Source: a bacterium
GTDB taxonomy: Bacteria; UBA8248
Assembly: GCA_965213685.1 (NCBI GenBank)
Contig: CBDBZY010000024.1
Location: 36,910-100,909 of the forward strand
Length of the DNA stretch: 64,000 nt
Direction of reading: 5' to 3'
Shown here: piece after piece, positions 50,356 through 60,943 of the stretch
How positions within the stretch are numbered: the stretch's first letter is position 1
Layout of the letters: the number at the start of each line of letters is the position of its first letter
Notes under the pieces: model-generated
Told to the model about the DNA's origin: nothing
What the model saw: only the letters and a program-made list of their open reading frames with translations
Database searches by the model: none
Position numbers and translations under genes: made by a program

Positions 50356-52437
50356 ATGCTGATCAAGCGCGCCCTGTTGCTGCTCCCCTTCCTGATCGTG
50401 GCCGTATTGCTCCAGTCATACTTTTGGGTGCCGACTTTTTCGGATCAAACCAGGGGGAGCGAGAAGCGCCTCCGCCAGTTCATCAACGGCTCCATCGGCG
50501 ATGCGCAAATCCTCAACCCCGTCCTGCACGCCGACACGGCCAGCGGCGAGATCGTCGACAAGGTGTTCGAAGGCCTCATCGACAGGGATCGCGACCTCTC
50601 CTATCGCGGCCGGCTGGCCACCTCGTGGAGAATCTATGAGGAGGCGTTCTTCGTGCCCCATCCCGACGGGCCGGGCGCGAAGGCACTGGCCGCGCGCATC
50701 GCGCGGGCGCGGGACGCCGGCGGTGCCGCATGGCTCCAGAACGTCGAGAAAACGGAAATCCTGGCCCCCGCCGAGCAAAAAACGCGCATTCCCGCCCCGC
50801 CGTCCCGAAGGGGACGAAAGCCCGGGCGGGCCGACGTCGTCATCTCCTACCCCGAGCGCGTGAAGATGACGCTCCGAAACGTGGACCAGGATCTGTTCGC
50901 CCATCTGCGAAAACTGCTCGGCGACCGCGCCATCGCCACCGACCCCGCTCCCTACGTCCGGACCGCGCTGCCCGCTCCCCTGCGCACCGCCGCCGCGCGG
51001 CGCGTCCAGCTCACCGAGCACAATCCCGTCATCATCTTCCGGCTCCGGCGCGGCGTGCGCTTCCATGACGGGCACGAGTTCGACTCGGCGGACGTGCGCT
51101 TCACCTACGCCGCCATCATGGACGCGAAAAACCTCTCCCCGCGGAAATCGGACTTTGAACCCATCAAGCGCGTGGAGACGCCCGACAGGTTCACCGTGAA
51201 GCTCACCTACAAGCGTCTGTACTCCCCCGCCTTCAGCACATGGGGGATGGGGATGCTGCCCGCGCATCTGCTCAACCGCGAGAAGCTGGCGGAGGAGGCC
51301 CGGCGCGCGGGCAAGGACCCCGGGACGTTCAGCGTGCGGGACAGCGCGTTCAACAGAAGCCCCGTCGGCACGGGCCCGTTCGTCTTCCGGGAGTGGCGCT
51401 CCGACGAACTCATCCGCCTCGCCCGGAACGAAGACTACTGGGAGGGGCCGCCCGAGTACGATGAGTATATCTACAGAATCCTGCCCGACCCCCTGACGCA
51501 GGAAATCTCGTTCTACGCCGGAACCGTGGACAGCTACGGGGCGGGCGCCCACCAGGTCGAGCGCCTCAGGAAAGACCCGAGGTTCCAGGTATTCTCGGGC
51601 CTCAGCTTCGGATTCAGCTACATCGGCTACAACATGCGGCGCTGGCCGTTTCAGGATGCGCGCGTGCGCCGGGCGCTGGGCATGGCGGTGAACGCGCGGC
51701 AGATTCACCGCTACGTGCTCAACGGCGAGGCCGAGGACATCACCGGGCCGTTCGTGAAGCAGAGCCCGCACTACAACCGCGGCGTCCGGCCCCTGCCCTA
51801 CGACCCCGAAGGGGCGACGCGCCTGCTCCGCGAGGCGGGATTCCGGAAAAAAAACGGCGTCCTGACGAAGGGCGGCAAGCCCCTGGCCTTTCATTTGATG
51901 ACGAACCACGGCAATGAGCTCCGGCGCGCCATCGGCACCGTCGTGCAGGACGCCTGGAAGAAAATCGGCGTCCAGATCAGGTTCGCCCAGGTGGAATGGG
52001 CCGTCTTCATCCGAAAACACATCAATCAGCTCGACTTCGACGCGGTCATCCTCGGCTGGAGCCTGGGCCTCGACCCGGACCTCTACCAGATATGGCATTC
52101 GAGCCAGACGGGCAAGGGACAGCTCAATTTCGTGGGCTACAAGAACGCGGAGGCGGATGCGCTCATCGTCAAGATTCGCCAGGAATACGACCTGCCGACC
52201 CAGGTGCGCTACGCGCACGCCCTCCACCGCATCATCGCGGCGGATCAGCCCTACACGTTTTTGTACGCCAGCAAATGGACGGCGCTGCTGGACAGGAAAA
52301 TCGCCATCGCCCAGCGCCTGCGCGACGGGACGATACGGCCGCAGAGAATCCGCCCCACCATCACGGGAAGCTACTCCTTCGACTTCAACGAATGGCTGAA
52401 ATTCCCCAGAGCGCCGGAATTCGAGAGCCGGAATTGA
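50356..52437 (+). CDS. Peptide/nickel-type ABC transporter substrate-binding protein (SBP family 5)
   Basis: LNP, FEGLI, LRRGVRFHDG, PVGTGPF, VRRAL, PYDPE. N-terminal hydrophobic anchor. Confidence 0.93.
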   Translation: MLIKRALLLLPFLIVAVLLQSYFWVPTFSDQTRGSEKRLRQFINGSIGDAQILNPVLHADTASGEIVDKVFEGLIDRDRDLSYRGRLATSWRIYEEAFFVPHPDGPGAKALAARIARARDAGGAAWLQNVEKTEILAPAEQKTRIPAPPSRRGRKPGRADVVISYPERVKMTLRNVDQDLFAHLRKLLGDRAIATDPAPYVRTALPAPLRTAAARRVQLTEHNPVIIFRLRRGVRFHDGHEFDSADVRFTYAAIMDAKNLSPRKSDFEPIKRVETPDRFTVKLTYKRLYSPAFSTWGMGMLPAHLLNREKLAEEARRAGKDPGTFSVRDSAFNRSPVGTGPFVFREWRSDELIRLARNEDYWEGPPEYDEYIYRILPDPLTQEISFYAGTVDSYGAGAHQVERLRKDPRFQVFSGLSFGFSYIGYNMRRWPFQDARVRRALGMAVNARQIHRYVLNGEAEDITGPFVKQSPHYNRGVRPLPYDPEGATRLLREAGFRKKNGVLTKGGKPLAFHLMTNHGNELRRAIGTVVQDAWKKIGVQIRFAQVEWAVFIRKHINQLDFDAVILGWSLGLDPDLYQIWHSSQTGKGQLNFVGYKNAEADALIVKIRQEYDLPTQVRYAHALHRIIAADQPYTFLYASKWTALLDRKIAIAQRLRDGTIRPQRIRPTITGSYSFDFNEWLKFPRAPEFESRN

Positions 52438-53429
52438 TCGCCTACATCGTCCGAACGACGCTGTTCAAGCTCGCGACGCTCTTCATCATCTCGATCGTCA
52501 GCTTCCTCATCATCCACCTGGCGCCCGGAGAGCCCAGCCAGATCAACCCCCTCAACCCGCGCTTCACGAAGGAGGACCTCGCGCGCTACCGCGCCGCCTT
52601 CGACCTCGACAAGCCGCTGCCCGTTCAATACTGGCGCTTCTACAGAAAATTCTTCACCGGCGAACTCCGGAGCCTGAAGGACAACCAGCCCGTTTTCGGA
52701 AAAATATGGCGGCGCTTCCTCATCAGCCTGCCCCTGTTCATCGTGGGCACCATCATCACCTGGGGCCTCTCCTTTCCGCTGGGAATCGCGGGCGCGCTGC
52801 GGCGATACGGCTTTTTCGACCGCTCCACCACCTTCCTCAGCTATCTGATGATATCCATGCCCAGCTTCTTCCTCGCCTACATCCTCATCATCGCCGTCGT
52901 CCAGGGGTTTCCCATCCCCCTCATCGACTACCGGGTGCCGGGGCTCGAAGTCTCCGTCCTCGGGGTGGAGACCTTTGGCCAGAGCGGCGCCGCGCCCCTG
53001 TTCCGCATCAACGACCGCATCTGGCATCTGCTGCTGCCCAGCGTCGTGGGCGCACTCGGCGGCATCGCCGTGCTCTCGCGCTACGTGCGCGGGCAGATGA
53101 TGGAGGTGGTGGATTCGGACTTCATCCGGACGGCGCGCTCCAAGGGACTCGACGAGGACGCCGTGAACTACGTGCACGCCCTGAGAAACGCGGCGCTTCC
53201 CTTCGTCACCATGTTCGGGCTCATCCTGCCGGGGCTGATCGGCGGCTCAGTCATCATCGAGAACATCTTCGCGTGGCCCGGCATGGGGCGCATGGGCTTC
53301 GAGGCCGTTCTGACGCGGGACTACCCCGTCATCCTGAGCCTCAACTTCATGTCCGCCATCCTGGTCGTCATTGGCACCTTCCTGTCCGACGTCCTTCTGG
53401 TCGTCGTGGACCCGAGGATTCGCCTGTGA
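52434..53429 (+). CDS. ABC transporter permease (OppB/DppB-like)
   Basis: LAPGEP, LDKPLPVQY, FIRTARSKGL, HALRNA, RDYPV, VDPRIR. TTG start. Confidence 0.93.
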   Translation: MIAYIVRTTLFKLATLFIISIVSFLIIHLAPGEPSQINPLNPRFTKEDLARYRAAFDLDKPLPVQYWRFYRKFFTGELRSLKDNQPVFGKIWRRFLISLPLFIVGTIITWGLSFPLGIAGALRRYGFFDRSTTFLSYLMISMPSFFLAYILIIAVVQGFPIPLIDYRVPGLEVSVLGVETFGQSGAAPLFRINDRIWHLLLPSVVGALGGIAVLSRYVRGQMMEVVDSDFIRTARSKGLDEDAVNYVHALRNAALPFVTMFGLILPGLIGGSVIIENIFAWPGMGRMGFEAVLTRDYPVILSLNFMSAILVVIGTFLSDVLLVVVDPRIRL

Positions 53430-54928
53430 GCCAGAGCGTCGAGATGCGGGAGATGATAGAGGAGATGGGGGAGGAGCTGACCCCTCGCGAGCGCATCTGG
53501 CGGCACTTGCGGCGCAACACGATGGCGATGGGAGGCGGCGCGGTGCTGCTCCTCTTCTTCGGGCTGGCGGCGCTCGGCTTCGTCAACTCCGCCGTCATGC
53601 GCGAGCCCCTGTTCGACGCCAACGTCGTCCGCCTGCCGGACAAGCTGCGGGCGCCCCTCTCCGTCCCGAGCCATGAGGTGATCCCCCGGGAGAATCTCCC
53701 CCGCCTGGGGATGTACCTGTTCGGCACCGACGACCTGGGGCGCGACGTGTTCGCCAGAATGCTGGAGGGCACATTCATCTCGATGTCCGTGGGGTTCGTG
53801 GCCATCGGCATCGCCACCATTCTCGGGGTGGTGATCGGCGGCATGGCCGGGTTCTACGGGGAGATCAAGCCCAGCGGCGCGCCCCTGTTCGGCTTCGCCG
53901 GCGCCGCGCTCGCAGGCCACGCCATCTGGAACGAGGCGGGATTCCTCCCGCTGTTGTTTAGCGCGGCGGGCGCGGGCGCGGGATTGTGGGCGCGCCAGGC
54001 GGGACGCACGCTGTTCCTGGAGGGACTGGCGTTCGGCGCGCTTCTGGGCCTGGCGCTGAACGGGTTCGAGCCGTTCGCGCCCGCGGGCTTCACCTCCGAC
54101 TTCGGCCTGCGCGTGCACACGCCCGATTGGCGCGAGGGAATCTTGGGCGCGCTCTGCCTCACGGCGCTCGCCGCCTTCGGCGGGGCGCAGGGGCTGCGCG
54201 CGGAGGAAAACGCGCCCGACGGGGCCGCCCTCAGCGGGGTGCTCGGCGCGGGATTCGCGTTTTTCATCGTCTTCCTGACGGGCCTCTACCTCGCCTACCC
54301 GGGACATGGGCCGCACATGTGGCTCACCGGCGGCGGCGCGCTGGCCGGGGTCTTCTTCTACCGGAAATTCGGGGTCAGCGCGCGGCTGCGGCGTTTCCGG
54401 TTGCCCAAGGTGGACATCATCTACACCACCATCGTGGACGTGCAGCTCTCCTTCCCCTCCTTTTTCGTGCTCCTCACCATCCTCGCCCTCGTGACGCCCA
54501 ACATCTGGATCATCATGGTGGTCATCGGCCTCCTGGGCTGGGTGGGCCCCGCGCGCTTCGTGCGGGCGGAGATTCTCTCGCTCAGGGAGCAGCCCTTCGT
54601 GGAATCCGCCCGCGCGGCGGGGGGGTCGGACGGCCTCATCATCTTCCGCTACCTGATCCCCAACTCCCTGGCGCCCGTTCTCGTATCGGCCACCATCGGC
54701 ATCGCGGGCGCGATTCTGACCGAGGCGAGCCTGAGCTTCCTGGGGTTCGGCGTTCCGCCGCCCCAGGCGAGCTGGGGCAACATCTTCTCCGACGGGAAAA
54801 AATACATCTTCGACGCCCCCTGGCTCACCTTCATTCCAGGCTCGGCGATCCTCGTCGTCATGCTCGCCTTCAACCTCTTCGGCGAGGGACTGCGCGACGC
54901 CTCGAACCCCAGGGCGAACGCCAGGTAG
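53426..54928 (+). CDS. ABC transporter permease (OppC/DppC-like) with a large internal insertion
   Basis: FGTDDLGRDVFAR, ARFVRAEILSLRE--FVESARA-G, EASLSFLG, GEGLRDA. Confidence 0.9.
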   Translation: MSQSVEMREMIEEMGEELTPRERIWRHLRRNTMAMGGGAVLLLFFGLAALGFVNSAVMREPLFDANVVRLPDKLRAPLSVPSHEVIPRENLPRLGMYLFGTDDLGRDVFARMLEGTFISMSVGFVAIGIATILGVVIGGMAGFYGEIKPSGAPLFGFAGAALAGHAIWNEAGFLPLLFSAAGAGAGLWARQAGRTLFLEGLAFGALLGLALNGFEPFAPAGFTSDFGLRVHTPDWREGILGALCLTALAAFGGAQGLRAEENAPDGAALSGVLGAGFAFFIVFLTGLYLAYPGHGPHMWLTGGGALAGVFFYRKFGVSARLRRFRLPKVDIIYTTIVDVQLSFPSFFVLLTILALVTPNIWIIMVVIGLLGWVGPARFVRAEILSLREQPFVESARAAGGSDGLIIFRYLIPNSLAPVLVSATIGIAGAILTEASLSFLGFGVPPPQASWGNIFSDGKKYIFDAPWLTFIPGSAILVVMLAFNLFGEGLRDASNPRANAR

Positions 54929-55033
54929 CCCCCCCCCCCCCCGCGGGGGCGGGCGGCGGCTTCGGTGCGGCACATGCGAAGGATGGCCGCCCGTGCGGGG
55001 GCCGGCTGACGGACGCCGCCCGGCGGAGAGGCG

Positions 55034-55063
55034 TTGACAGGCGGGGGCGCGCAACGCTATATA
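55034..55063 (+). promoter_or_regulatory. Putative sigma70 promoter of the tRNA
   Basis: TTGACA (55034-55039), 18 nt spacer, TATATA (55058-55063), about 46 nt upstream of the tRNA. Confidence 0.5.
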
Positions 55064-55109
55064 CCCTCATGTCCCGGGCGTTCGCTTTTGCGAAAACCGG
55101 GGGCGTCCT

Positions 55110-55196
55110 GCCCAAGTGGTGGAACAGGTAGACACGCTAGCTTGAGGGGCTAGTGGGGGCAACCCCGTGTCGGTTCGAGTCCGGCCTTGGGCACCA
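55110..55196 (+). tRNA. tRNA-Leu (anticodon GAG)
   Basis: Acceptor GCCCAAG/CTTGGGC plus ACCA, anticodon arm CTAGC-TTGAGGG-GCTAG, long variable arm, and GTTCGAG T-loop. Confidence 0.97.
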
Positions 55197-55576
55197 CCCC
55201 CACCCGAACGAAACGTCTCGCTCCCCGTTCTCCTCCCGCGCGGTGCCCGACGGTGCGCCATCCGTCATGAGAAGGTGAACCGGCCCGCCCTTCATCCGTC
55301 CTCTGAAGCGGTCCAAAAACGTCCCGCTCCTCCCTCTTGGCGAGGCTGTCCGCCGGAGGAGGATTGCGGTGAGCCGATGCGCCCGGATTTGCCCCTGCTG
55401 CCAACGCACCGGCTCCGAGAACACGTGTTTCACGTGTGTTTGAGGAGGCCGCCTGCGGGAGCGGCGCCATCTGCAACGCCTGCCTGCTGTGCGGGGCTGG
55501 AATTTCCGGGCGCAGAGACGACGCGGGGGAGCGACCCCTGCTGTGCGGAGCAAACCGGGGACGCGCATCCTCCGGC

Positions 55577-56110
55577 TCAGCTGTCTGCCCCGCTGGTTTG
55601 GGGAGCGTGATACCTGCGGTATTCCTCGCCAAAGCAAAGGGTGGAGAAATCCCGCATCCTGTCGAGAAAAACCAGCCCATCGAGATGATCTTGCTCGTGC
55701 TGGCATACGCGCGCGGCGAAGCCGTGCAACTCCTCCGCGTACGCCCGCCCGCGCGCGTCGAAGGCCTCCAGGCGAATCCTGTCGTTGCGGGGGACGCGGC
55801 CGTGCAGGTCCGGAATGCTCAGGCACCCCTCCCACTCCTCCCATCCCTCCGCGCCCAGGGGCGTTATCTTCGGGTTGACCGCCACGCGCAGCGTCTCCGC
55901 ATCGGCGGAATCCGTCTGCATGACAAACACGCGCAGCCTGTAGTGCACCTGCGGTGCGGCCAGCCCCACGCCCGCATATTCCGCCATGGTGTGCGTCATG
56001 TCCTCCACAAGCGCCGCGAGGCCGGAGCTGCCCAGCTGCTCGGGTGCGACCGCGCGCGCGGCCGCGCGCAAAACGGGGTGCCCCAGGCGAGCGACCTTCA
56101 AAATCGACAT
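55577..56110 (-). CDS. def: Peptide deformylase
   Basis: GVGLAAPQ, EGCLS, QHEQDHLDG. Confidence 0.96.
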   Translation of the reverse strand: MSILKVARLGHPVLRAAARAVAPEQLGSSGLAALVEDMTHTMAEYAGVGLAAPQVHYRLRVFVMQTDSADAETLRVAVNPKITPLGAEGWEEWEGCLSIPDLHGRVPRNDRIRLEAFDARGRAYAEELHGFAARVCQHEQDHLDGLVFLDRMRDFSTLCFGEEYRRYHAPQTSGADS

Positions 56111-56119
56111 GTGCGCCTC

Positions 56120-56825
56120 CTATCCGCGCGCGGGCAGGGCGGAAAACCAGGCGGCCAGGCCGCCCGGGTCCACGGTCTCCTCAAGCGAGGCCACCACGCG
56201 GTCCGCCTCCGTCAGCTTTCCGGCGGGATAGCTCGTCGTCACGGCGAGCGTCCGCATGCCGGCGGCGCTGCCCGAGCGCACGCCGGCGACGGAATCCTCC
56301 ACCACCAGGCACGAACCCTCCGGAATCGGCGCCAGCGCGTTCTCGTTGATCCGATCGAGGGCGGCCAGAAAACTCTCCGGGTCCCGGCTTCCCCCGGCTC
56401 ACCATCTCCGCCGTCACGATGACCGGGAAACAGCGGAGCAAATCCACCCTCTCCAGCACCGCCCGCACCTCATGGCCCAGCGCCCCGCTCGCTATGGCCA
56501 GGGGCCAGCGCGCGGACGCCGCCCGTATCATCTCGGCCGCGCCCGGCAGAATCCGGGGCGATGCGGCGATTTCCCGATACCGCGCCTCTTTCCGCTCCAG
56601 GAGCTGCTCGAAGCGCCCGGGCGTCACCCCCACCCCCCGGTCGTTCAGCACCTGGGCGAACAGGAGCCTGTCGTCGAACGCGAGGTAGCGATCCGTGTAT
56701 TCCTCCTCGGTGAGGTCCAGGTCCAGCTCCTCGGAAAGCACCGCCTGAAACGCCGCGAGGTGGAGCGGCTCGCTATCCGCTATCGTGCCGTCGAAATCAA
56801 AGATAACCGCTCTCAGCTCCGCCAT
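56120..56825 (-). CDS. HAD family phosphatase, one frameshift near 56385
   Basis: FDFDGTIADSE, IASG and GKP in one frame, then VVEDS-AG in a second frame. Confidence 0.85.
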
Positions 56826-56842
56826 CGCCTCTCCCCGGCCTT

Positions 56843-57607
56843 CTACAGCCATCCCCCGCCATCTTCAAAGATGCGCTCGCCCGTGATGTAGGCCGAGGCG
56901 TCGGAGGCCAAAAAAACCGCCAGCCCCACAATGTCCCCGGGCTCGCCCATCCGGCCCAGCACCGTCTTCTCCCGCAGCCGCTCCTCCGCCTCGGGGTCTT
57001 CGAGGGCGGGCGCAAGCATCGGCGTGCGGTGCACCCCCGGGCAGATGCAGTTCACGCGCACGCCCGCTCCGCCCCACTCCACGGCAAGCGATTTCGTGAG
57101 TCCCACGACGCCGTATTTGCTCGCGTTATACGCCGCGCGCGCGGGCCGGTGCCCCCGCTCGCCCAGGAACGTGCCGACGTTCACGATGCTGCCCGCCCCC
57201 CGCTCCAGCATGCCGCGGCCGGCGGCCTGGGCGCACAAGAAGGCTCCCGTCAGGTTCACGTCCACCACGAAGCGAAAATCCTCCGGCGACACGTCCACGC
57301 TCGCGTCCGCGTTCAGCACGCCCGCCGCGTTGACCAGAACGTCGATGGCGCCCAACTCCCCCTCCGTGCGGGACACGGCGCGGTTCACCTCGTCCGCCCG
57401 GGTGACGTCCGCACCGATGGGGAGCGCCCTGCGCCCCAGCCCCTCGATATGGCGCGCCGTCCCGGCCAAAAGACGCGCCCGTCTGCCCAGGGCGGCCACG
57501 TCCGCGCCCGCCTCCGCCAGCCCCCGCGCCACGGCGGCCCCCAGGCCCGTGCCCGCGCCCGTCACCAGGGCTACCTTTCCATCCAGCCGAAACGTGTCCA
57601 GTATCAC
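56843..57607 (-). CDS. SDR family oxidoreductase
   Basis: VTGAGTGLG, LVNAAG, YNASK, VNCICPG, DGG. GTG start at 57607. Confidence 0.92.
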   Translation of the reverse strand: MILDTFRLDGKVALVTGAGTGLGAAVARGLAEAGADVAALGRRARLLAGTARHIEGLGRRALPIGADVTRADEVNRAVSRTEGELGAIDVLVNAAGVLNADASVDVSPEDFRFVVDVNLTGAFLCAQAAGRGMLERGAGSIVNVGTFLGERGHRPARAAYNASKYGVVGLTKSLAVEWGGAGVRVNCICPGVHRTPMLAPALEDPEAEERLREKTVLGRMGEPGDIVGLAVFLASDASAYITGERIFEDGGGWL

Positions 57608-57936
57608 GCCGAATCCCGCAAACTCCGCCCCCCCCTCCCGCATCAGGAGTAGAAAACGGCCCGCTCCGATAACCGTTCTCGTGACAACGCCCCAAGCTAT
57701 GGGATGGGGCATGGGGTGTCAACGCGAGGGACGAGAATTCCCCTCATCATCACCGGCGGCCGGAGGGCCCCCTCGTCCCGCGTTGTCGGGAGGGTGCACG
57801 GGCGATACCATGCGGCCCCGGGACTTCGCGTGGGAGGGGAGGATGGAGATCGGAGACGAGAAGCGCGACGGCGCGCGCAGCCGCATGTTCCCGCCATCGT
57901 TTTTCGTCTTCCCCGCCGACGATGCGGCGCGCTGAA

Positions 57937-58631
57937 ATGGCGAAAACGGAGCACCGCCCACCGACGGACGAGACCGGGAGAGCCTGCCCGCTGTGCCGGG
58001 CGGATCGCGCGCGACTCTATCTGCGCGCCGACGGACGGGATTACCTCCACTGCCCCGTCTGCCGGCTCGTTTTCGTTCCGCCGGAGTTCTGGCCCGCACC
58101 CGATGAGGCGAGGGCGAGATACGAGCAGCACCAGAACTCGGTGCGGGACGAGAAGTATGCCGCCTTCCTCAAAAGGCTGGGCGCACCGCTGGCGGACAGA
58201 CTGCCGAGGGGTGCGCGGGGTCTGGACCTAGGCGCGGGGCCTGCGTCCGCCCCCGCCCCCGTCGGGTCCGCCCTGTGTGCCATCCTGCGCGACGCCGGGA
58301 TGGACTGCCTGCCCTTCGATCCGTTTTTCTTCCCCCGGATGCCGGATGGCCCCTTCGACTTCATCGCGTCGAGCGAGACGTTCGAGCACTTCCGCCAACC
58401 GCGCCGGGAGATCGGGCGCATCCGCCAGCACCTGAAAGCCGGCGGACTGCTCGGCGTGATGACGGCGTTCTGGGAGGAGGCGTCTTTCAGAAACAACTGG
58501 CACTACCGGCGCGACTTCACCCACCTGTGCTTCTACCGGGCCGAAACTTTCGCGTGGATTCAGCGGAATTTCGGGTTCGCGCGCCTGTGGACGGACCACC
58601 GCCGCGTCATCATCCTCCAAGAAACGCTGAG
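57937..58631 (+). CDS. Class I SAM-dependent methyltransferase with an N-terminal Zn-finger-like motif
   Basis: CPLC...CPVC, LDLGAGP, ETFEHF, WHYRRDFTHLCFY. The annotated frame runs to 58800, but removing one base near 58620 would give a natural ...LQKR* end at 58631. Confidence 0.8.
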
Positions 58632-58796
58632 CCTCCCCTCCCCTGCCCCCATGATGCGCCGAACGTCAGGGGAGCGACGGGGGCCCCGTCATTTCGGCAA
58701 GCCTCGGCCTCCCTTGTCCCCGCCTCGTCCGGTGTGGCATTCTCTCCCTTGGCAACCTTTCGTCGATCCGCCTGAGGGATCCACCCCTTGCAGACG

Positions 58797-60523
58797 ATGA
58801 AGACGGACATCCTCATCCTGGGCGCGGGCGGGGCGGGCCTCCTCGCCGCACTGGCCGCCCATACCCGAAACCCCGGCCTCGACATCACCGTGGCGGTGAA
58901 GGGCCTTTTTGGAAAAAGCGGCTGCACCCGCATGGTGCAGGGCGGCTACAACGCCGCGCTCGCCGCAACCGATTCGGTGGAAAACCACTTTCTCGACACC
59001 CTGCAGGGCGGGGCGTGGATTAACGACCAGGAGCTCGCCTGGGCGCTGGTGAGCCGCGCTCCCGGCTGCGTGGAGCGGCTGGAGACCGTGTGCGGCTGCT
59101 TCTTCGACCGAAAACGACGACGGCACGATTCATCAAAAGGCGTTCGCGGGCCAGAGCTTCGACAGAACGGTGCACAAGGGCGACCTGACGGGCATCGAGA
59201 TCACCAACCGGGTTGTCGGAGCAGCTCGCGCGCCGCGAGGTGGAAGCGTTCGAGGAGGCGCGGGCGGTGGCGCTCCTGCCGGCCAGGGGCGCGCCGGAGC
59301 GCATCGCGGGCGCCTTGCTGCTTCACATCCAGAGCGGCGCGTTCCTCGCCGTCAACGCGAAATGCACGCTCCTCGCCACGGGCGGCGGCCCCACGCTCTA
59401 CAAAATCTCCGCCTGCGCGCAGGAGCTCGCCACAGACGGGATGGCCATCGCCTGGGAGGCGGGCGCCTCGTTCTGCGACATGGAGATGGTGCAGTTTCAT
59501 CCGACGGGCATCCTGACGGGAGACGGCCTCCAGATCAACGGGCACGCTCCTCGAGGAGGGGCTGCGCGGCGCGGGCGGCCACCTGAAAAACGCGGATGGC
59601 GAGCGCTACATGGCGCGCTACGATGCGGAGCGCATGGAGCGCGCCACGCGCGACGTCGTCGCGCGCGCGGGCTACACCGAGATCGTCGAGGGCAGGGGCA
59701 CGGAGCGCGGCGGCGTGTTCATCGACGTGAGTCACCTGGGCAGAAGATTCGTTCGCAGGAAACTTCAAGGGGCATGGTCGAGCGCTGCGCCGACCTCGGC
59801 TACGACCTCGCGGGCGGTCCCGTGGAGGTGACCCCCACCGCGCACTACATGATGGGCGGGGTGAAAATCGACACCGCGTGCCGGACGAGCCTCGCCGGCC
59901 TCTACGCCGCCGGCGAGGACGCGGGCGGGACGCACGGCGCCAACCGTCTGGGCGGAAACGGGGTGGCCAACGCGACGGTGTTCGGCGAGATCGCCGGCGA
60001 GGCGATGGCGGAGGAGGCGGCGGAATCCCCCCTCCTCCCGCTGGACCCGGGGGCGCTCGCCGGGGCGGAGGAGAGAGCGCTGGACGCCCTGGGCGCGGGC
60101 GGCTCGCCCTACCCCATCCGCACGGCGCTCAAGGAGACGATGTGGCGGAATGTGGGCCTGCGCAGAAACGGCGGGGACATCGCGCGGGGCATCCAGGAGA
60201 TTCTGGCGCTGAGAGAGCGCGCCGCCTCCGCCCGCGCGGGCGGCGCCCGTGCCTATAACGTCGCATGGCAAAACACGATGGACGTGCGAAACCAGATATG
60301 CGCGGCGGAGATCATCGCGCGCTCGGCACTCGAGCGCGACGAGAGCCGGGGCAGCCATTACCGCGACGACCATCCGCAGACGCAGGCGGAGAACCTCTAC
60401 AACGTCTACATCCGGCGGGAGGGCGAGAGCGCCGTCCTCGAGCGAAAGCCCGTTTTGTTCAGCCGCCTGGACCCGGCGGCGTCGGCCGCCCGGGGGGCGC
60501 CCGAACCCCATTTCATCGACTGA
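58797..60523 (+). CDS. Succinate dehydrogenase/fumarate reductase-family flavoprotein (TfrA-like), several frameshifts
   Basis: GAGGAG, GKSGCTRMVQGGYNA, LATGG, QFHPTG, LLEEGLRGAGG, ATRDVV, HYMMGG, HGANRLGGN and ESRGSHYR, spread over three frames. Confidence 0.88.
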
Positions 60524-60601
60524 CGTTCGCCCCCTTCCCTCTCGCGGCGGGAGGCGGCGGGGGCGCAACATGTCATCATCGTGGGATATGCAAGGCAAAA
60601 C

Positions 60602-60943
60602 ATGACGCGCGCGAAAGAGTCGAAACCATCCATCTGGAACGTCGGCGCCTGGCGCTCCATGTATCCGGGCATGTGGTCCTGGGTGCTGCAGAGAATCTCC
60701 GCCCTGGCGCTCATCGTCCTCTTCCCGATTCACGTGATGAACCCTTACGTCGATTCCGTCCGAATCGCCATGCTGCTCCTGGTCGTCTGGCACGCCATGC
60801 ACGGCGTCAAGGTGATCCTGACCGATTTCGGTTTTCCGGCGCGCCACCAGAGAAAGCTCCTGTGGGCGCTGTGCTTTCTGGGCGTCATCGCCTTCTTCTG
60901 GCTGGCGCTCCTGCACAAGGACTACTGGAGGTTCGCGGCGTGA
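60602..60943 (+). CDS. Succinate dehydrogenase-type cytochrome b membrane anchor
   Basis: WVLQRISA, H, HAMHG--VIL-D, three TM helices. Confidence 0.82.
   Translation: MTRAKESKPSIWNVGAWRSMYPGMWSWVLQRISALALIVLFPIHVMNPYVDSVRIAMLLLVVWHAMHGVKVILTDFGFPARHQRKLLWALCFLGVIAFFWLALLHKDYWRFAA

Noticed and set aside
54929-54948. Long C run after the oppC-like gene (and the G run at about 39074-39084) as phase-variation tracts
   Set aside because: One is intergenic and the other stays in frame, and homopolymer lengths are unreliable in this assembly.
55110-55576. Integrative element at tRNA-Leu
   Set aside because: No integrase and no duplicated tRNA 3' end is seen in the window.
57720-57785. Imperfect inverted repeat CAACGCG(AG)GGACGAG / CTCGTCCCGCGTTG between divergent genes
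   Set aside because: Single copy with no target-site duplication and no recognisable RNA family. GC-rich hairpins arise readily here.
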